A DNA stretch of 64,000 nt from a virus (lineage: Duplodnaviria > Caudoviricetes): the IMG/VR virus record IMGVR_UViG_3300032219_002522, positions 1 to 64,000 of that record; one strand, written 5' to 3'. A model generated the notes under the pieces. That model was not told the origin of the DNA. It was given only the letters and a program-made list of their open reading frames with translations, and made no database searches. Made by a program: the position numbers and the translations under genes. Below are positions 33,052 to 44,173 of this stretch, in pieces; positions within the stretch are counted from its first letter, which is position 1; each line of letters opens with the position of its first letter.

Positions 33052-33530
33052 ACTTATCCATGGATCAATAATGAGTCCTTGTTTTATGACAGAGGAGGAA
33101 TTTGAATCTGGATATAAGGAATCCATATTTTATGTGGATAAACAATTCAAATCAGAATACGAGAAGCATATATCTGCTATGGAGCATATAGCTAATATAG
33201 CAAAAAGCTACATTTATAAAAATTGGAAGCTTGTAAAGGATTGGTCAGATTTGGAAGTTGTTGTAATTCATGGACCTACAGGAGGAAGTACTTATTACTA
33301 TTCCTATAAGGAAAGAATTAGGAAGAAAGATTATCACTCGGACATATTTCTTAAATTTGACAAAGAAAAGAAAAGAAACCAAAACCCGGTAAAAACAATG
33401 GACGAAGTGGTACTTGATCCTACTGATGGAGATTTTTCAGTTACAATAAATGGTAACGAACACTGGTGGATTCAGGATGAGGCAGTAATTATAATAGCGG
33501 ACTATATAGAAAAACAATTAAAAAAGCAAG

Positions 33531-33620
33531 ATGAGGAAACTGGCGACAATTCAAAAAATTAAAGAAATCCATCCGATTGAAGGAGCGGATGCAATTGAAT
33601 TAGCAATAAATTTCTGTTAA
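33531..33620 (+). pseudogene. Truncated N-terminus of a DRB0094-family RNA ligase
   Basis: MRKLATIQKIKEIHPIEGADAIELAINFC* resembles the usual start of that family, then stops directly before the next ATG. Confidence 0.6.
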
Positions 33621-34646
33621 ATGAGAAATAAAAAAACGAGATCCGAAGGGGAGATTAGAGACCGAATAAACAATTTAATTAAAATCACAAAAAGAATGAA
33701 AGAGAGATCAGAAGTAACATCTTATCTAGATCCAGAGGATTTGGAATCAGTAGACACAAATAAACACACACAATGGTCTGTGTTACAGAATGGGCAGTTC
33801 GCTCCATCGTATGTTTCTATATCTAATGTCCCATCAGGTCTTTATGAAATGAAATGGAACTCACCTCTTCAATCATGGGTCCTTGCAAAACAAGCTTTAA
33901 ATATAGATGAGCTTTACGAACTTCCTTCACCAGAGATTGAAAGTATATTGAGTGATATAAAGATATTCTGGAGAAAAAGAGAAACGTACAAAGAATATAA
34001 TTTCGTTCATAAAAGAGGTATTTTGTTATATGGAGATCCTGGATGTGGTAAATCAGGTATTATCCAACTGTGCGTAAAAAGCTTAATAGAGGAAGAAAAT
34101 GGTATAGTTATAAATATCAAAGAGGATGAGGATTTTAAAGCATTTATAGAATTTGTTCCTACGATAAGAACTATCGAGCCTGAAAGACCTCTTATTGTAA
34201 TTCTAGAAGATATCGATTCATTAGCAGGTGAGGACAGATATTCCACAACTAAACTCTTAAATATCCTTGATGGGGTTAAACAAATCGAGAACGTTGTTTA
34301 TATAGCAACCACTAACTATCCTGAAAAATTACAGGAGAGAATCACAAATCGTCCATCAAGATTTGATAGAAGATACGAAGTTCAGATGCCTTCTAGAGAT
34401 ATTAGAGAATCTTACCTAAGAAATAAACTTACTGAGGAGGATCTAAAATCCATTAATATGAAAGAATGGTTAGATGAGAGCGATGATATGTCATTATCTC
34501 ACTTGAAAGAATTGGTTATTTCTGTAATCGTAATGGGTAAAGATTTTAGAGAATCCCTATCTGCTCTAAATGCTCTTTCAGATAAGCCAAAAATCAAAGG
34601 CGGAAAAAGAAAATCCGGAATCGGATTTAGTAACTCGAAAAATTAA
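33621..34646 (+). CDS. AAA+ ATPase
   Basis: RGILLYGDPGCGKS, ILEDID, LLNILDG, ATTNYPE, RPSRFDR. Confidence 0.9.
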   Translation: MRNKKTRSEGEIRDRINNLIKITKRMKERSEVTSYLDPEDLESVDTNKHTQWSVLQNGQFAPSYVSISNVPSGLYEMKWNSPLQSWVLAKQALNIDELYELPSPEIESILSDIKIFWRKRETYKEYNFVHKRGILLYGDPGCGKSGIIQLCVKSLIEEENGIVINIKEDEDFKAFIEFVPTIRTIEPERPLIVILEDIDSLAGEDRYSTTKLLNILDGVKQIENVVYIATTNYPEKLQERITNRPSRFDRRYEVQMPSRDIRESYLRNKLTEEDLKSINMKEWLDESDDMSLSHLKELVISVIVMGKDFRESLSALNALSDKPKIKGGKRKSGIGFSNSKN

Positions 34647-34674
34647 ATTGGGATATATAATCTAGAACTAATAT

Positions 34675-35742
34675 ATGAAGAGTTTTAGAGAAAAACATCC
34701 TGGATTGACAGAGGAACAGCTCAAGATAAAATATAAAATCTGGGAGAGGGAGAAAGAGAGGGAGAGGCAAATAAACGAAGCCGAGCAAAAAAAAAGATAT
34801 CGTAACCCCTTTAAGGAAGATGATGAGGGAGACGAAGGAGCTGGGTATGCGGGAAGTTTAGATATAGATGGATCACATGGTGTAGTTTCTGATGCGGCTT
34901 TAGTTAGTTCTGGAATTTCTTTTTACTACAACAACGGAACTAGAATCTTCACAAAAAGTGACATTGATGGAAGATTTAATATACCAAGAAGCTTCGGTCA
35001 GGGATTTGTATTGGTTGAAGGAGGAGTTGATTCAGTTAATGGACTAGATTATAAAGGACAATTTAGAATAGACTCAGCATTTTTTCATAGATACAGAGCA
35101 ATAACACCAATAACTCATATAGCTAGTCATATATGGGATTGTACACCAACAAGAACCCCGGATGAGGCGATGGATCTAGTTATTGACCATATATCCCACT
35201 TATCTAACATAATTATACCAAAAATAAATAAGGATCAATTCTTTAATCAGGATCATGTTAAGCTAACACTTAATCTAATAGAGGGATCTAAAGAAATACA
35301 GGCAATAAATACGATTATAGAGATCTATTCAGATTTAATAGGAGCTTTAAAATCGAATAAGGAGGGGGAGATAGTACAAAATAAAATACAGACCTATAAA
35401 GAAATAGGCAATTCACTATTAACTAAAATAAATGGACAGGAATCTATAAATTATATAGATGATTTTTTTAAATTTCATATTTCCAATCAAGAAAAAATTC
35501 ACGATAAATGCTGCTCTTTTCTAATAAATAAAGCAATGAAAAGCATAGATAAAGCTTTATGTAAAGATCCTATACAAGCAACAAAAGAAATACAGGCTTT
35601 AAATCTAGCAGTAAAAACTGAATGGTGTGATAAATCTTTACACATGACAATGGATAAAAATACAAGTCCTGAAAAAATATGGGACAGTATCGATAAAAAA
35701 AATCCAATGGATTTATTGGGATCTATAAATATATCAGATTAA
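34675..35742 (+). CDS. Hypothetical protein
   Basis: ORF track, 355 aa; GATATATA at 34652. Confidence 0.6.
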   Translation: MKSFREKHPGLTEEQLKIKYKIWEREKERERQINEAEQKKRYRNPFKEDDEGDEGAGYAGSLDIDGSHGVVSDAALVSSGISFYYNNGTRIFTKSDIDGRFNIPRSFGQGFVLVEGGVDSVNGLDYKGQFRIDSAFFHRYRAITPITHIASHIWDCTPTRTPDEAMDLVIDHISHLSNIIIPKINKDQFFNQDHVKLTLNLIEGSKEIQAINTIIEIYSDLIGALKSNKEGEIVQNKIQTYKEIGNSLLTKINGQESINYIDDFFKFHISNQEKIHDKCCSFLINKAMKSIDKALCKDPIQATKEIQALNLAVKTEWCDKSLHMTMDKNTSPEKIWDSIDKKNPMDLLGSINISD

Positions 35743-35744
35743 AA

Positions 35745-36338
35745 TCACTGATGATGATCCAAGTCTTTTGGATAATCTTCTATCTTACTCATTATTCTTT
35801 TTAAATCTTCATATGAGTAAGGCATTAAACCGTTAGTGTCTACTCCGATATCCATCGTTCTTCTTCTATTCTGTTTAGTCCACCATTCATCTGGTTTTAG
35901 ATTATTGTGGCAGTGTCCATAAAGTTGCCAAGACCCTTTATGATACTTATTCCATATTTTCATTGGCCAATGGCTAAGGATTATAAGGTTTTTTTCAATC
36001 TCTATTTCTAGATAAGAATTTACACTTTGAAATACCTCCTGGCAATTATCTCGATTTTTGTAAATATGCTCGTCGTGATTACCCAATATAAGGTGAACAG
36101 TATTGCAGATTATTCTTTCTCTAAATTTAAAAATATTCTCAACACCTCCAAAACTCCAATCGCCTAAGTGGTAAAGTATATCGTCTTGTGCAACAACCGA
36201 ATTTATAGATTCAACTAGTTTTTCGTTATGCTCTTCTAGAGTTTTGAAATCCCTGCATCGATTACCCTCAGGCCAGCTAGTAACTCCTCTAACTATATTT
36301 TTATGCCCGTAGTGCGTGTCTGAAGTAAAGTATATCAT
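35745..36338 (-). CDS. Calcineurin-like metallophosphoesterase
   Basis: FTSDTHYGH, HLGD, GNHD, LSHWP, YGHCH, DIGVD. Confidence 0.9.
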   Translation of the reverse strand: MIYFTSDTHYGHKNIVRGVTSWPEGNRCRDFKTLEEHNEKLVESINSVVAQDDILYHLGDWSFGGVENIFKFRERIICNTVHLILGNHDEHIYKNRDNCQEVFQSVNSYLEIEIEKNLIILSHWPMKIWNKYHKGSWQLYGHCHNNLKPDEWWTKQNRRRTMDIGVDTNGLMPYSYEDLKRIMSKIEDYPKDLDHHQ

Positions 36339-37557
36339 AAAAATTATATTCGTTAATCCTTGTTATGTTCCGGAACTTTTAGTGGAATAATCCGTAAAAA
36401 TAATATGAAATTTAAAGATTTTAAGGAGTGTATAGATAATTTAATAATTATGCACAATAAAAATATGGAAGCCTATAGGATAGGTGTAGACATATTAGAT
36501 TATCATGATCCCTATGATAAAGCAATCAATATTTTATTTGAGCAGGTACTTACGGAGAATGGAATGGAATGGTTAGGTTGGTATCTGTACGAAAAAGACG
36601 GGATATCAGGTAATCCTAAAAAAGATATGAAAGCATGGGATAATGAAAAAGAAATTTGTAAAAACCTCAAAGATCTTCATGCTTATTTAACTACAAATAA
36701 CTACTTTAGACAAAATGTGGAGCAGCAATAAATCTATAATTAACTGGGAATTACACCAGAAAATTTCCAAGAAAACAAAAATACAAACCAAATACAAATA
36801 CAATAAACCTAATGGGAAAAAACCAGGATGGTTTAAAAGACTTGTATCTCATATAAAAGATGTTTTTAACGGATTAAATGACATGAGAAAAAATGGGAAT
36901 TCACCAAGGAGCTAAACCAAATCCTAAGATGCTATTAGATGGTAAAGAATATGTTGTTGAGAAATTCTTTATATCTGAATTAGGATATCTGATGATGAGA
37001 TTATACTCGGAGGAAAATAAAACATATACAACATATAATCTAGGAACTCACGATCCTGTAAAAAATATATTTAATGAAGCAATCGAAAAACAAAGATCCT
37101 GAAATAGTACTCCTTAATTCTGAAGGACCTGTATTAAAGGTAAAAGGGAGTGATGATGGATCATATGTTCTATATGATACTGATGATTCTATAGTGGAAA
37201 TATTAAACCTGGATGGATTTATAGGATTTATATTCGGTAATAAGTCAGTAAAATATACGGATGGGAGGGAATTTATATTTAATAAATTCTCTACAGGAAT
37301 GAGAACAAAAAAGTCTGATATAATTAAGTTCATAATATTATCCGAAAAAAATTCAGCAGGATTAGACCCTTGGATATCACCCGTTGCGGAAGAAAGGGAA
37401 TGGCAGGAAGACGTTTTAAATGAACTATTTCCTAGCTATCCCAATGCAGCTCCTAAATGGCAATATATGAATGGATTATTGCAAATAGCATTAATATACA
37501 AAGAACAGATCGAAGTAGATCACGGTAATAGTTCAGGCGAAGAAGAAACAGAAGACG

Positions 37558-37902
37558 ATGAAAATGGCTAAAGAATTAATTTATATAGCATCCCCGTACA
37601 CGCACCCAGACGAAAGGGTCAGACACGAGAATTATTTAGTAGTTACTAAAATAGCAGGTGATCTTGTATCAAGAGGAGCAGTTGCTATTTCTCCTATAAC
37701 ATATGGTCATGTAATAGCAGAGCATACTAAGATGCCTACTGACTGGAATTTCTGGATGGATTTCTGTCTTGTACTTCTTGGTAAATGCGACAAGCTGTTA
37801 GTTTGTAATACCATTCACGGGTGGGAAAACTCCAAAGGTGTAGCAGCTGAGATAGAATTTGCAAAACAAAATGGTATTAAAATAGAATACTTAAAAAAAT
37901 GA
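37558..37902 (+). CDS. DUF1937 / nucleoside 2-deoxyribosyltransferase-like protein
   Basis: IYIASPY, SPI.YGH, W..SKGV..EIEFA. Confidence 0.7.
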   Translation: MKMAKELIYIASPYTHPDERVRHENYLVVTKIAGDLVSRGAVAISPITYGHVIAEHTKMPTDWNFWMDFCLVLLGKCDKLLVCNTIHGWENSKGVAAEIEFAKQNGIKIEYLKK

Positions 37903-39122
37903 ATAAATTAGATTTATCTTATCAATCCCTACTCCAAGATATCTTAGACAATGGAGTTACCAAACAAGACCGTACAGGTACTGGAACAATTAGTGTTTTT
38001 GGTAGACAAATCCGTCATAAAATGAGTGATGGGTTTCCATTACTCACAACCAAGAAGATGGCTTGGAAAACTATGGTAACTGAATTACTATGGTTCCTAC
38101 GCGGTGATACAAACATCAAGTTCCTTGTTGATAACAATTGTCATATTTGGACTGGTGATGCTTATAAAGTTTATGATAAAGACTTTGATCGTGAACATCC
38201 ACCATTCAGTGCACCATATCCACCTCGTCTAACGGTTAAAGAATTCGAAGAGAAAATTATGATTGATGATGAATTCAATAAATGGTATGGAGATCTAGGT
38301 CCAATCTATGGCAAACAATGGAGAAATTGGGGAGGTAAACAGGTGTCAGTAAAAGACGGTAACGTAGTTACAACAGTCAATGATCAAATCTCAAGTCTCA
38401 TCAACGACCTTAAAAACAATCCTGATAGCCGAAGACTAATGGTTAATGCTTGGAATGTTGGTGAGTTGGACCAAATGGTTCTTCCACCATGTCATTATGG
38501 GTTTCAAGTTTATACAAGAGAGTTGAGTGAAAGCGAAAGATTTAAGTGGTACGGAAATAAGATAGGTTCACACATGCACCATGACCATATCGTACAAGAG
38601 ATGAATCAAGAAAATGTACCAACCAGAGCAATTTCTTTAAGTTGGAATCAGAGATCTATAGATACATTCTTAGGTTTACCATTCAACATTGCATCTTATG
38701 GATTGTTATTAGAAATCATTGCTAAAGCAGTGAATATGGTTCCTGATGAATTGATTGGAAACTTGGGTGATACGCATTTGTATTTGAATCATATTGAACA
38801 AGCAAAGGAACAGATTGGCGGGAATTTGACACTAGAGGAAAGAATTGATCATTGGTTTCACACAAACAAACCAAATAGAGATGTTGTTGATCATTTTGAT
38901 ACTTTTGGGGATGCACAAAAAATCATGTATTTGGATAAAGCAAATGTTCCGAGCAGATCAAGGGAGCCATTCACACTACCCGAATTGAAACACATGAAAA
39001 CTGATGAGTTTTATAAATCATTATCCGAAGATCTGTCTTTATTTACTCATTTAGATAATACCGATTTTACAATCGAAAATTATCAATCTCATCCACACAT
39101 TAAAGCACCGTTATCCAATTAA
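37899..39122 (+). CDS. thyA: Thymidylate synthase (with insertions)
   Basis: DRTGTGT, FPLLTTKK, ELLWFLRG, LGPIYGKQWR, LPPCH, QRS.D.FLGLPFNIASY, GDTHLY.NH. Confidence 0.96.
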   Translation: MNKLDLSYQSLLQDILDNGVTKQDRTGTGTISVFGRQIRHKMSDGFPLLTTKKMAWKTMVTELLWFLRGDTNIKFLVDNNCHIWTGDAYKVYDKDFDREHPPFSAPYPPRLTVKEFEEKIMIDDEFNKWYGDLGPIYGKQWRNWGGKQVSVKDGNVVTTVNDQISSLINDLKNNPDSRRLMVNAWNVGELDQMVLPPCHYGFQVYTRELSESERFKWYGNKIGSHMHHDHIVQEMNQENVPTRAISLSWNQRSIDTFLGLPFNIASYGLLLEIIAKAVNMVPDELIGNLGDTHLYLNHIEQAKEQIGGNLTLEERIDHWFHTNKPNRDVVDHFDTFGDAQKIMYLDKANVPSRSREPFTLPELKHMKTDEFYKSLSEDLSLFTHLDNTDFTIENYQSHPHIKAPLSN

Positions 39123-40550
39123 AAACTATGGAAAGAGACAAATCATGGGATGATCCACAACTATCAGACGGAGATATGGGATACACAGAAACAAAGTTAA
39201 CCTTAGAGGAGATCGACAAAACGAATCATAAGGTTTTATTTGGCGATAGATTACTCGGATACTTTATTATGGATATTGATGGATATTACTATTTTGACTA
39301 TGTCACAGCTCCAAACGGATTATGGACTTCATATTCATTAAGAATGGTTGCGGATCTACTTGAAGAGATTAATAAACCACACGAGGATAAAATCAAAGAA
39401 TACTTTAAAAAAAATGGCACGACTACAGATTCAGTACAAGAACTACCTTAAAAGAAATCCAGATTCTAATTACAGTTATGAAGAATGGATGAAAAATGTA
39501 CTAACTCCAATTCTACAAAAAACACAGAATTTAAGCGATCACAATTCTTATTGGACTAGTGATAATATGAATACTAATGACCGCGAAATAAAATTTACTG
39601 AGATATCCAAAGGAATATCGGAACATTTATCAAATTTAAAATATGATAAGGGGGATCTCTCAGATATAGGCAACGAAATAGGATTCTCTTTAGGTACACT
39701 ATTAAAAGATATGTCGAAAGAGGAAATAAACTGCTTTATAATGGGCTTTAAACACGGGGTAAGTTTAACTAACGGTACACATTTTTAAATTTCAATCTAT
39801 GAAAACAATTAAGATTAGGTATGTAAAAAGGAAGGATACCTACTATATGGAGAGAAAAGGAATCTTCGGATGGAAAAGACTAGGATATTCTGTAGATATG
39901 GGATATGGAGGTTTTTGGCAATCATATACATCGGATAATAAAAAAGATCTACTCGATCAGGTTCTAGAAGAATATTATCAGATTGACAGAAGATTTGCTG
40001 AGATTATAGAATATCCAATGATTAAAGTTTATTAAATATTATGGAAGAAATGGAAAATACAAAAATTTCACTTGTTATTAGATCTGGAATTAAAATTATC
40101 CAGAACACTATTGAAGGAGTTACAATAAAAATACTAGACGAAGAAATGTCCAGAAGTGAACCGACTGAATTTCTTCCGCTAGGAGCTCTTGGAGTTAATG
40201 TAAGAATAGATTGGGAAGAAATGGGATCTAAGGATGTTTTTCTTACAGCTCAATTATGCGAAGATATGCACAGTCTGTATGGAGATAAAATAGCTGAGGA
40301 ATTTGTATTTCCTATGTTTAGAGAAGAGATGGAAAAATTTACAAATAGCTGTAAAGAATATGAATAATATTTCATTTAAAATAAGTAGAGAGATGTTAAT
40401 GGAAATGTCATCTTTAAAAACTAATGAGGAAGGGTTTGAATATATTGAAGATTGTTTTGCTATAGATAAAAACAGGATTGAAAGTGTACAAACAATATAC
40501 GAACCCGAATTTGAACCTTTTTTAATAATTAAGATCAAACCAAAATTATA

Positions 40551-40970
40551 ATGGAATTACTAAACACACATCCTATTAAAAAATCGGATTTGGGATTTCA
40601 TGGTAATTTATTTGGAGGAAAACTCCTTGCGTGGATAGATGCAGCAGCAGCTGGATATTGTATGCAGCTTTGTGATAGTCCTAGAGTAGTTACCGTTTCT
40701 ATAGATAAATGTAACTTCGAGAAGCCTGCTAGAGAAAGTCAACTTCTTAAAATATATGGAAATCCAACAAGAGTTGGAAATTGTTCAGTAACCCTTTATA
40801 TGGAAGCAAGAGCACATAACGTTTATACTGGTAAGCAGGTTCTTGTTCTAAAGACCCACATAACATTTGTTCATATTGACGAAGAAGGAAATCCTATCCC
40901 AATTGGAGAAAAAGGAAGGAACAGAATAAATAGGATAGTGGGTGAACAGACAGATCCCGATAATAAATAA
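40551..40970 (+). CDS. Hotdog-fold acyl-CoA thioesterase
   Basis: DL..HGNLFGG.LLAWID.AAA, VVTVS.D, TFVHIDE.G.P. Confidence 0.85.
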   Translation: MELLNTHPIKKSDLGFHGNLFGGKLLAWIDAAAAGYCMQLCDSPRVVTVSIDKCNFEKPARESQLLKIYGNPTRVGNCSVTLYMEARAHNVYTGKQVLVLKTHITFVHIDEEGNPIPIGEKGRNRINRIVGEQTDPDNK

Positions 40971-40975
40971 AACAT

Positions 40976-41389
40976 ATGGAAAAAGTAAGAATATATCTAG
41001 ACGATGTTAGAACTCCTATAGAAGAGGATTGGATTATTTGTAGGGATTACGAAGAATTTGTTAACAAAATTACTGAGATAGGATTAGATAACATATACAT
41101 GATATCTCTAGATCACGATTTAGGAGAGACAGCAATAAGAGAGTATTTTAAAAATGTAAAAACTAATTATGTTCTTAATTACGATAACATCCACGAAAAA
41201 ACTGGTTACGATTGCGCAAAATGGCTAGTTTCCGAAAGTATGGATAAAAATATAGATCTTCCTATAGTAACTGTCCATAGTGCAAATCCAGTTGGCTCTG
41301 CAAATATGATGGGATACATAAATAACTACCTTAAAAATAAGAGGTTACCCCAAAATTGTGAGAGAGTTAAAATACCTCATACTGTTTAA
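40976..41389 (+). CDS. Cyclic-phosphate-processing receiver-like domain protein
   Basis: IYLDDVRTP, ISLDHDLG, TGYDCAKWL, VHSANPVG. Confidence 0.8.
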   Translation: MEKVRIYLDDVRTPIEEDWIICRDYEEFVNKITEIGLDNIYMISLDHDLGETAIREYFKNVKTNYVLNYDNIHEKTGYDCAKWLVSESMDKNIDLPIVTVHSANPVGSANMMGYINNYLKNKRLPQNCERVKIPHTV

Positions 41390-41725
41390 TATATAGTATA
41401 TGGAATTTATAAAAAAACTATCTTCAGCAATTGCTTTATCTTTGATAATATCGCTTCCACTATCGATGCTAGAAGCTTTAGCAGTATATTCTATTGTAAA
41501 TCTTTATGAGATTCCATATTTAATAAAATTCCATTATTATCAAATTATAGGGATAATCTTTATAATAATGATAACTAGAAATAGAATTAGAATAGATTCC
41601 GAACAAGACGATGAAAATGATCTTATACCCTCAATTATTTCTTTAAGTGCAAATAGATTATTTAGAATAATATTTGTTTGGTCAGTATCTTTTTCATTAC
41701 ACTACATATTTTTTAATTTTTAAGA

Positions 41726-42268
41726 ATGATCGACACTCTTTTAACTATAGTTATTCCTTGCAAAAATTCGGTAAGAAATCTCAAAAAAACCGTAGAAGAT
41801 ATAACAAAAAAAACAAAGGTAAAAGGAACTAGAGTACTAATTCTAGATTTTGGATCTGTAGACGGATCATACCAATATGCAGCTCAAGCATCTAATGATT
41901 TTGTAAGATTTCTTAAAATAGAATCTATAAAAATGGGCGAGGATCAAACTATAAAAAATGCCTTTGATCTAATTAATACACCATATGTACTAGTTATGAC
42001 TCCAGGATCTACTTTTAAGGACCATGATATGTTAATTTCATCTATTAATGAGATGTCTAAAATATCTTATCCCATAGCTTATTTAAGAAGAGAGGATTTT
42101 ATAAAAAATATAATGTCCACTTTCATAAAAAATAGAAGAAAGGTGGATGCTGTGTTTGGGAAAACACAGGTCCTAAATATTTTAGACTACAAGTATGAAG
42201 ACCCAGATCCTGAGATATCATTCGATAATCTTTCTAAAGGTATAAAGGTTGGAGGGTTTACCGACTAG
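41726..42268 (+). CDS. Degenerate GT2-like glycosyltransferase domain protein
   Basis: LTIVIPCKN, ILDFGS.DGS; DxD motif not evident. Confidence 0.5.
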   Translation: MIDTLLTIVIPCKNSVRNLKKTVEDITKKTKVKGTRVLILDFGSVDGSYQYAAQASNDFVRFLKIESIKMGEDQTIKNAFDLINTPYVLVMTPGSTFKDHDMLISSINEMSKISYPIAYLRREDFIKNIMSTFIKNRRKVDAVFGKTQVLNILDYKYEDPDPEISFDNLSKGIKVGGFTD

Positions 42269-42980
42269 TTATGAGTGGTATATCTTGATCTACTTCTAGA
42301 TTTTCTATCTAATAAATCAAGCTCTTCTTTTACGCTATTCCAAAGTATCTCTAGAGGTTTGCTTATGTTGCCCCCATCTTTTTGAATAGATGCTATGAAT
42401 TTAACCCAAAGTTTAAATTCTTTTTCGTCTCTTACGTTAATTCCCTCATTTCTTGAGGAATCTTTTGATAACATTTTTTTTAGTTTTAGTTAAACTTAAT
42501 AACTTTAATGATGCTAAATTAACATCTTATTGTTAATAAAAAAAATAAAACCACAGTTTTTTGTATCGTTTCTGTAAAAAACATCAATTAAGGAAGGTTT
42601 TCAAAGTGTTCTTTGGCTTCTTTTGCCATTTGAGCGTATTCGTATAGCTCTATTTTAACAAAATACTCAATAGCTTTGTTCATAGCTTTCGGTATATCGC
42701 TTCTTTTCATGTATATTTTAGAATAAACCTCATCTTCCCACATAAACTCCATAAAGGATTCTTCAATGAGACCATTATTTTTGGCTAAGTATAGAGCAGT
42801 TTCAACGGACCTTTTATAAACTTTACCTGGATTATTTATTAACCATTCTTCCAAATGATCCGGATTAACTTTGTTTATCATTTCTATTTCTTCAATCATA
42901 TAAATTCATACAGGGGTAAACATGTTTTGTTCCGAAACTAAAACTAATAACGACAATAAAAATATGGAAAAATAAATATT

Positions 42981-43139
42981 ATGGAAAATTCAATAATTTT
43001 ACCTTCTTGTATTAATCATCTAAGTGATATCCGAATCGAAACATTGGAGGATGCAATGAAATTTGAAATGCTTATGGAGATCTACCAGAAAAAATCTTAT
43101 ATGGAAATATCAGATATATTAGAGGAAAAGAAAAAATAA
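42981..43139 (+). CDS. Small hypothetical protein (52 aa, not in ORF track)
   Basis: MENSIILPSCINHLSDIRIETLEDAMKFEMLMEIYQKKSYMEISDILEEKKK*; follows a GAAAC-N18-TAAAAA promoter. Confidence 0.5.
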   Translation: MENSIILPSCINHLSDIRIETLEDAMKFEMLMEIYQKKSYMEISDILEEKKK

Positions 43140-43141
43140 TT

Positions 43142-43804
43142 ATGAAATTAGTATTTATATCAGATACCCACAATCAACACAATAATATAAATGTTCCTGA
43201 CGGGGATTTTATTATACATTGTGGGGATGTTTCAGGTAGAGGATATAAAAGTGAAATAGAATCTTTTGTCGATTGGTTTTCTTCATTACCTCATAGACAC
43301 AAAATAATGATTCCTGGTAATCACGATTTTCTTTTTGAAGAATATTACGACATCGCTAAAAATATGGTGGATTCTAGAGGTATCGTTTGTTTGATCGATA
43401 GCGGAATAGAAATAGAGGGAATAAAATTTTGGGGATCTCCAATAACCCCATATTTTCATAATTGGGCTTTTAATAGATATCGCGGATCTTCTATTGAACA
43501 ACACTGGAACAAAATACCGGAAGGAATAGATGTACTGTTAACCCACGGACCTCCTGCTTATTTACAAAATCATTTGTCGATGGTATTGGAAGGGGAAGAC
43601 GTTGGTTGTCAAGATCTATATAAAGCAATACAAAGAGTAAAACCTAAGATTAATGCTTTTGGACATATTCACGAAGGATATGGAACATCTGAAGAGGATG
43701 GAGTATTATATATGAATTGTAGTATTTTAAACAGAAGATACTCAATACAAAATAAACCTATAGAAGTATTATACGAAGATGGAGGATTTTCTCTCTATAA
43801 ATAA
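43142..43804 (+). CDS. Metallophosphoesterase (MPPED/239FB-like)
   Basis: ISDTH, IHCGD, PGNHD, THGPP, FGHIHE. Confidence 0.9.
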   Translation: MKLVFISDTHNQHNNINVPDGDFIIHCGDVSGRGYKSEIESFVDWFSSLPHRHKIMIPGNHDFLFEEYYDIAKNMVDSRGIVCLIDSGIEIEGIKFWGSPITPYFHNWAFNRYRGSSIEQHWNKIPEGIDVLLTHGPPAYLQNHLSMVLEGEDVGCQDLYKAIQRVKPKINAFGHIHEGYGTSEEDGVLYMNCSILNRRYSIQNKPIEVLYEDGGFSLYK

Positions 43805-44173
43805 TATGCAAAAAGGCACACCAGTTTCTGACAGTTTCAGAAAAAAACTTGTTGAAAGAGGTTATAGAAAATTTGACGGTAAGCCTATAAAGGGTGAAAT
43901 ATGTTATGATGCTTATCATAAGGATTTTAACAACAGTGACGGACTTAAATACACCATCTATTGTTATTGCTGTGATCTAAAGGATATAGTACCAAATCCT
44001 GAAGTATTTGAATTCTCATTCGAAGTTCAGCTTAATGCTGGAATAGGAATTATAGGATTGGAAGCTATACAATGGGATTTTAGAACTGAAGAAAATGCAG
44101 AAATAAATATAGCATTTTTTGAAATTAGAGTAGAGGAAGTATGGAAAGCATTAGGAGGTATTAAATTTCCATC

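Noticed and set aside
37899-39122. Intron or intein in thyA
   Set aside because: The frame is open throughout and the inserts are short, with no intein terminal motifs or endonuclease domain.
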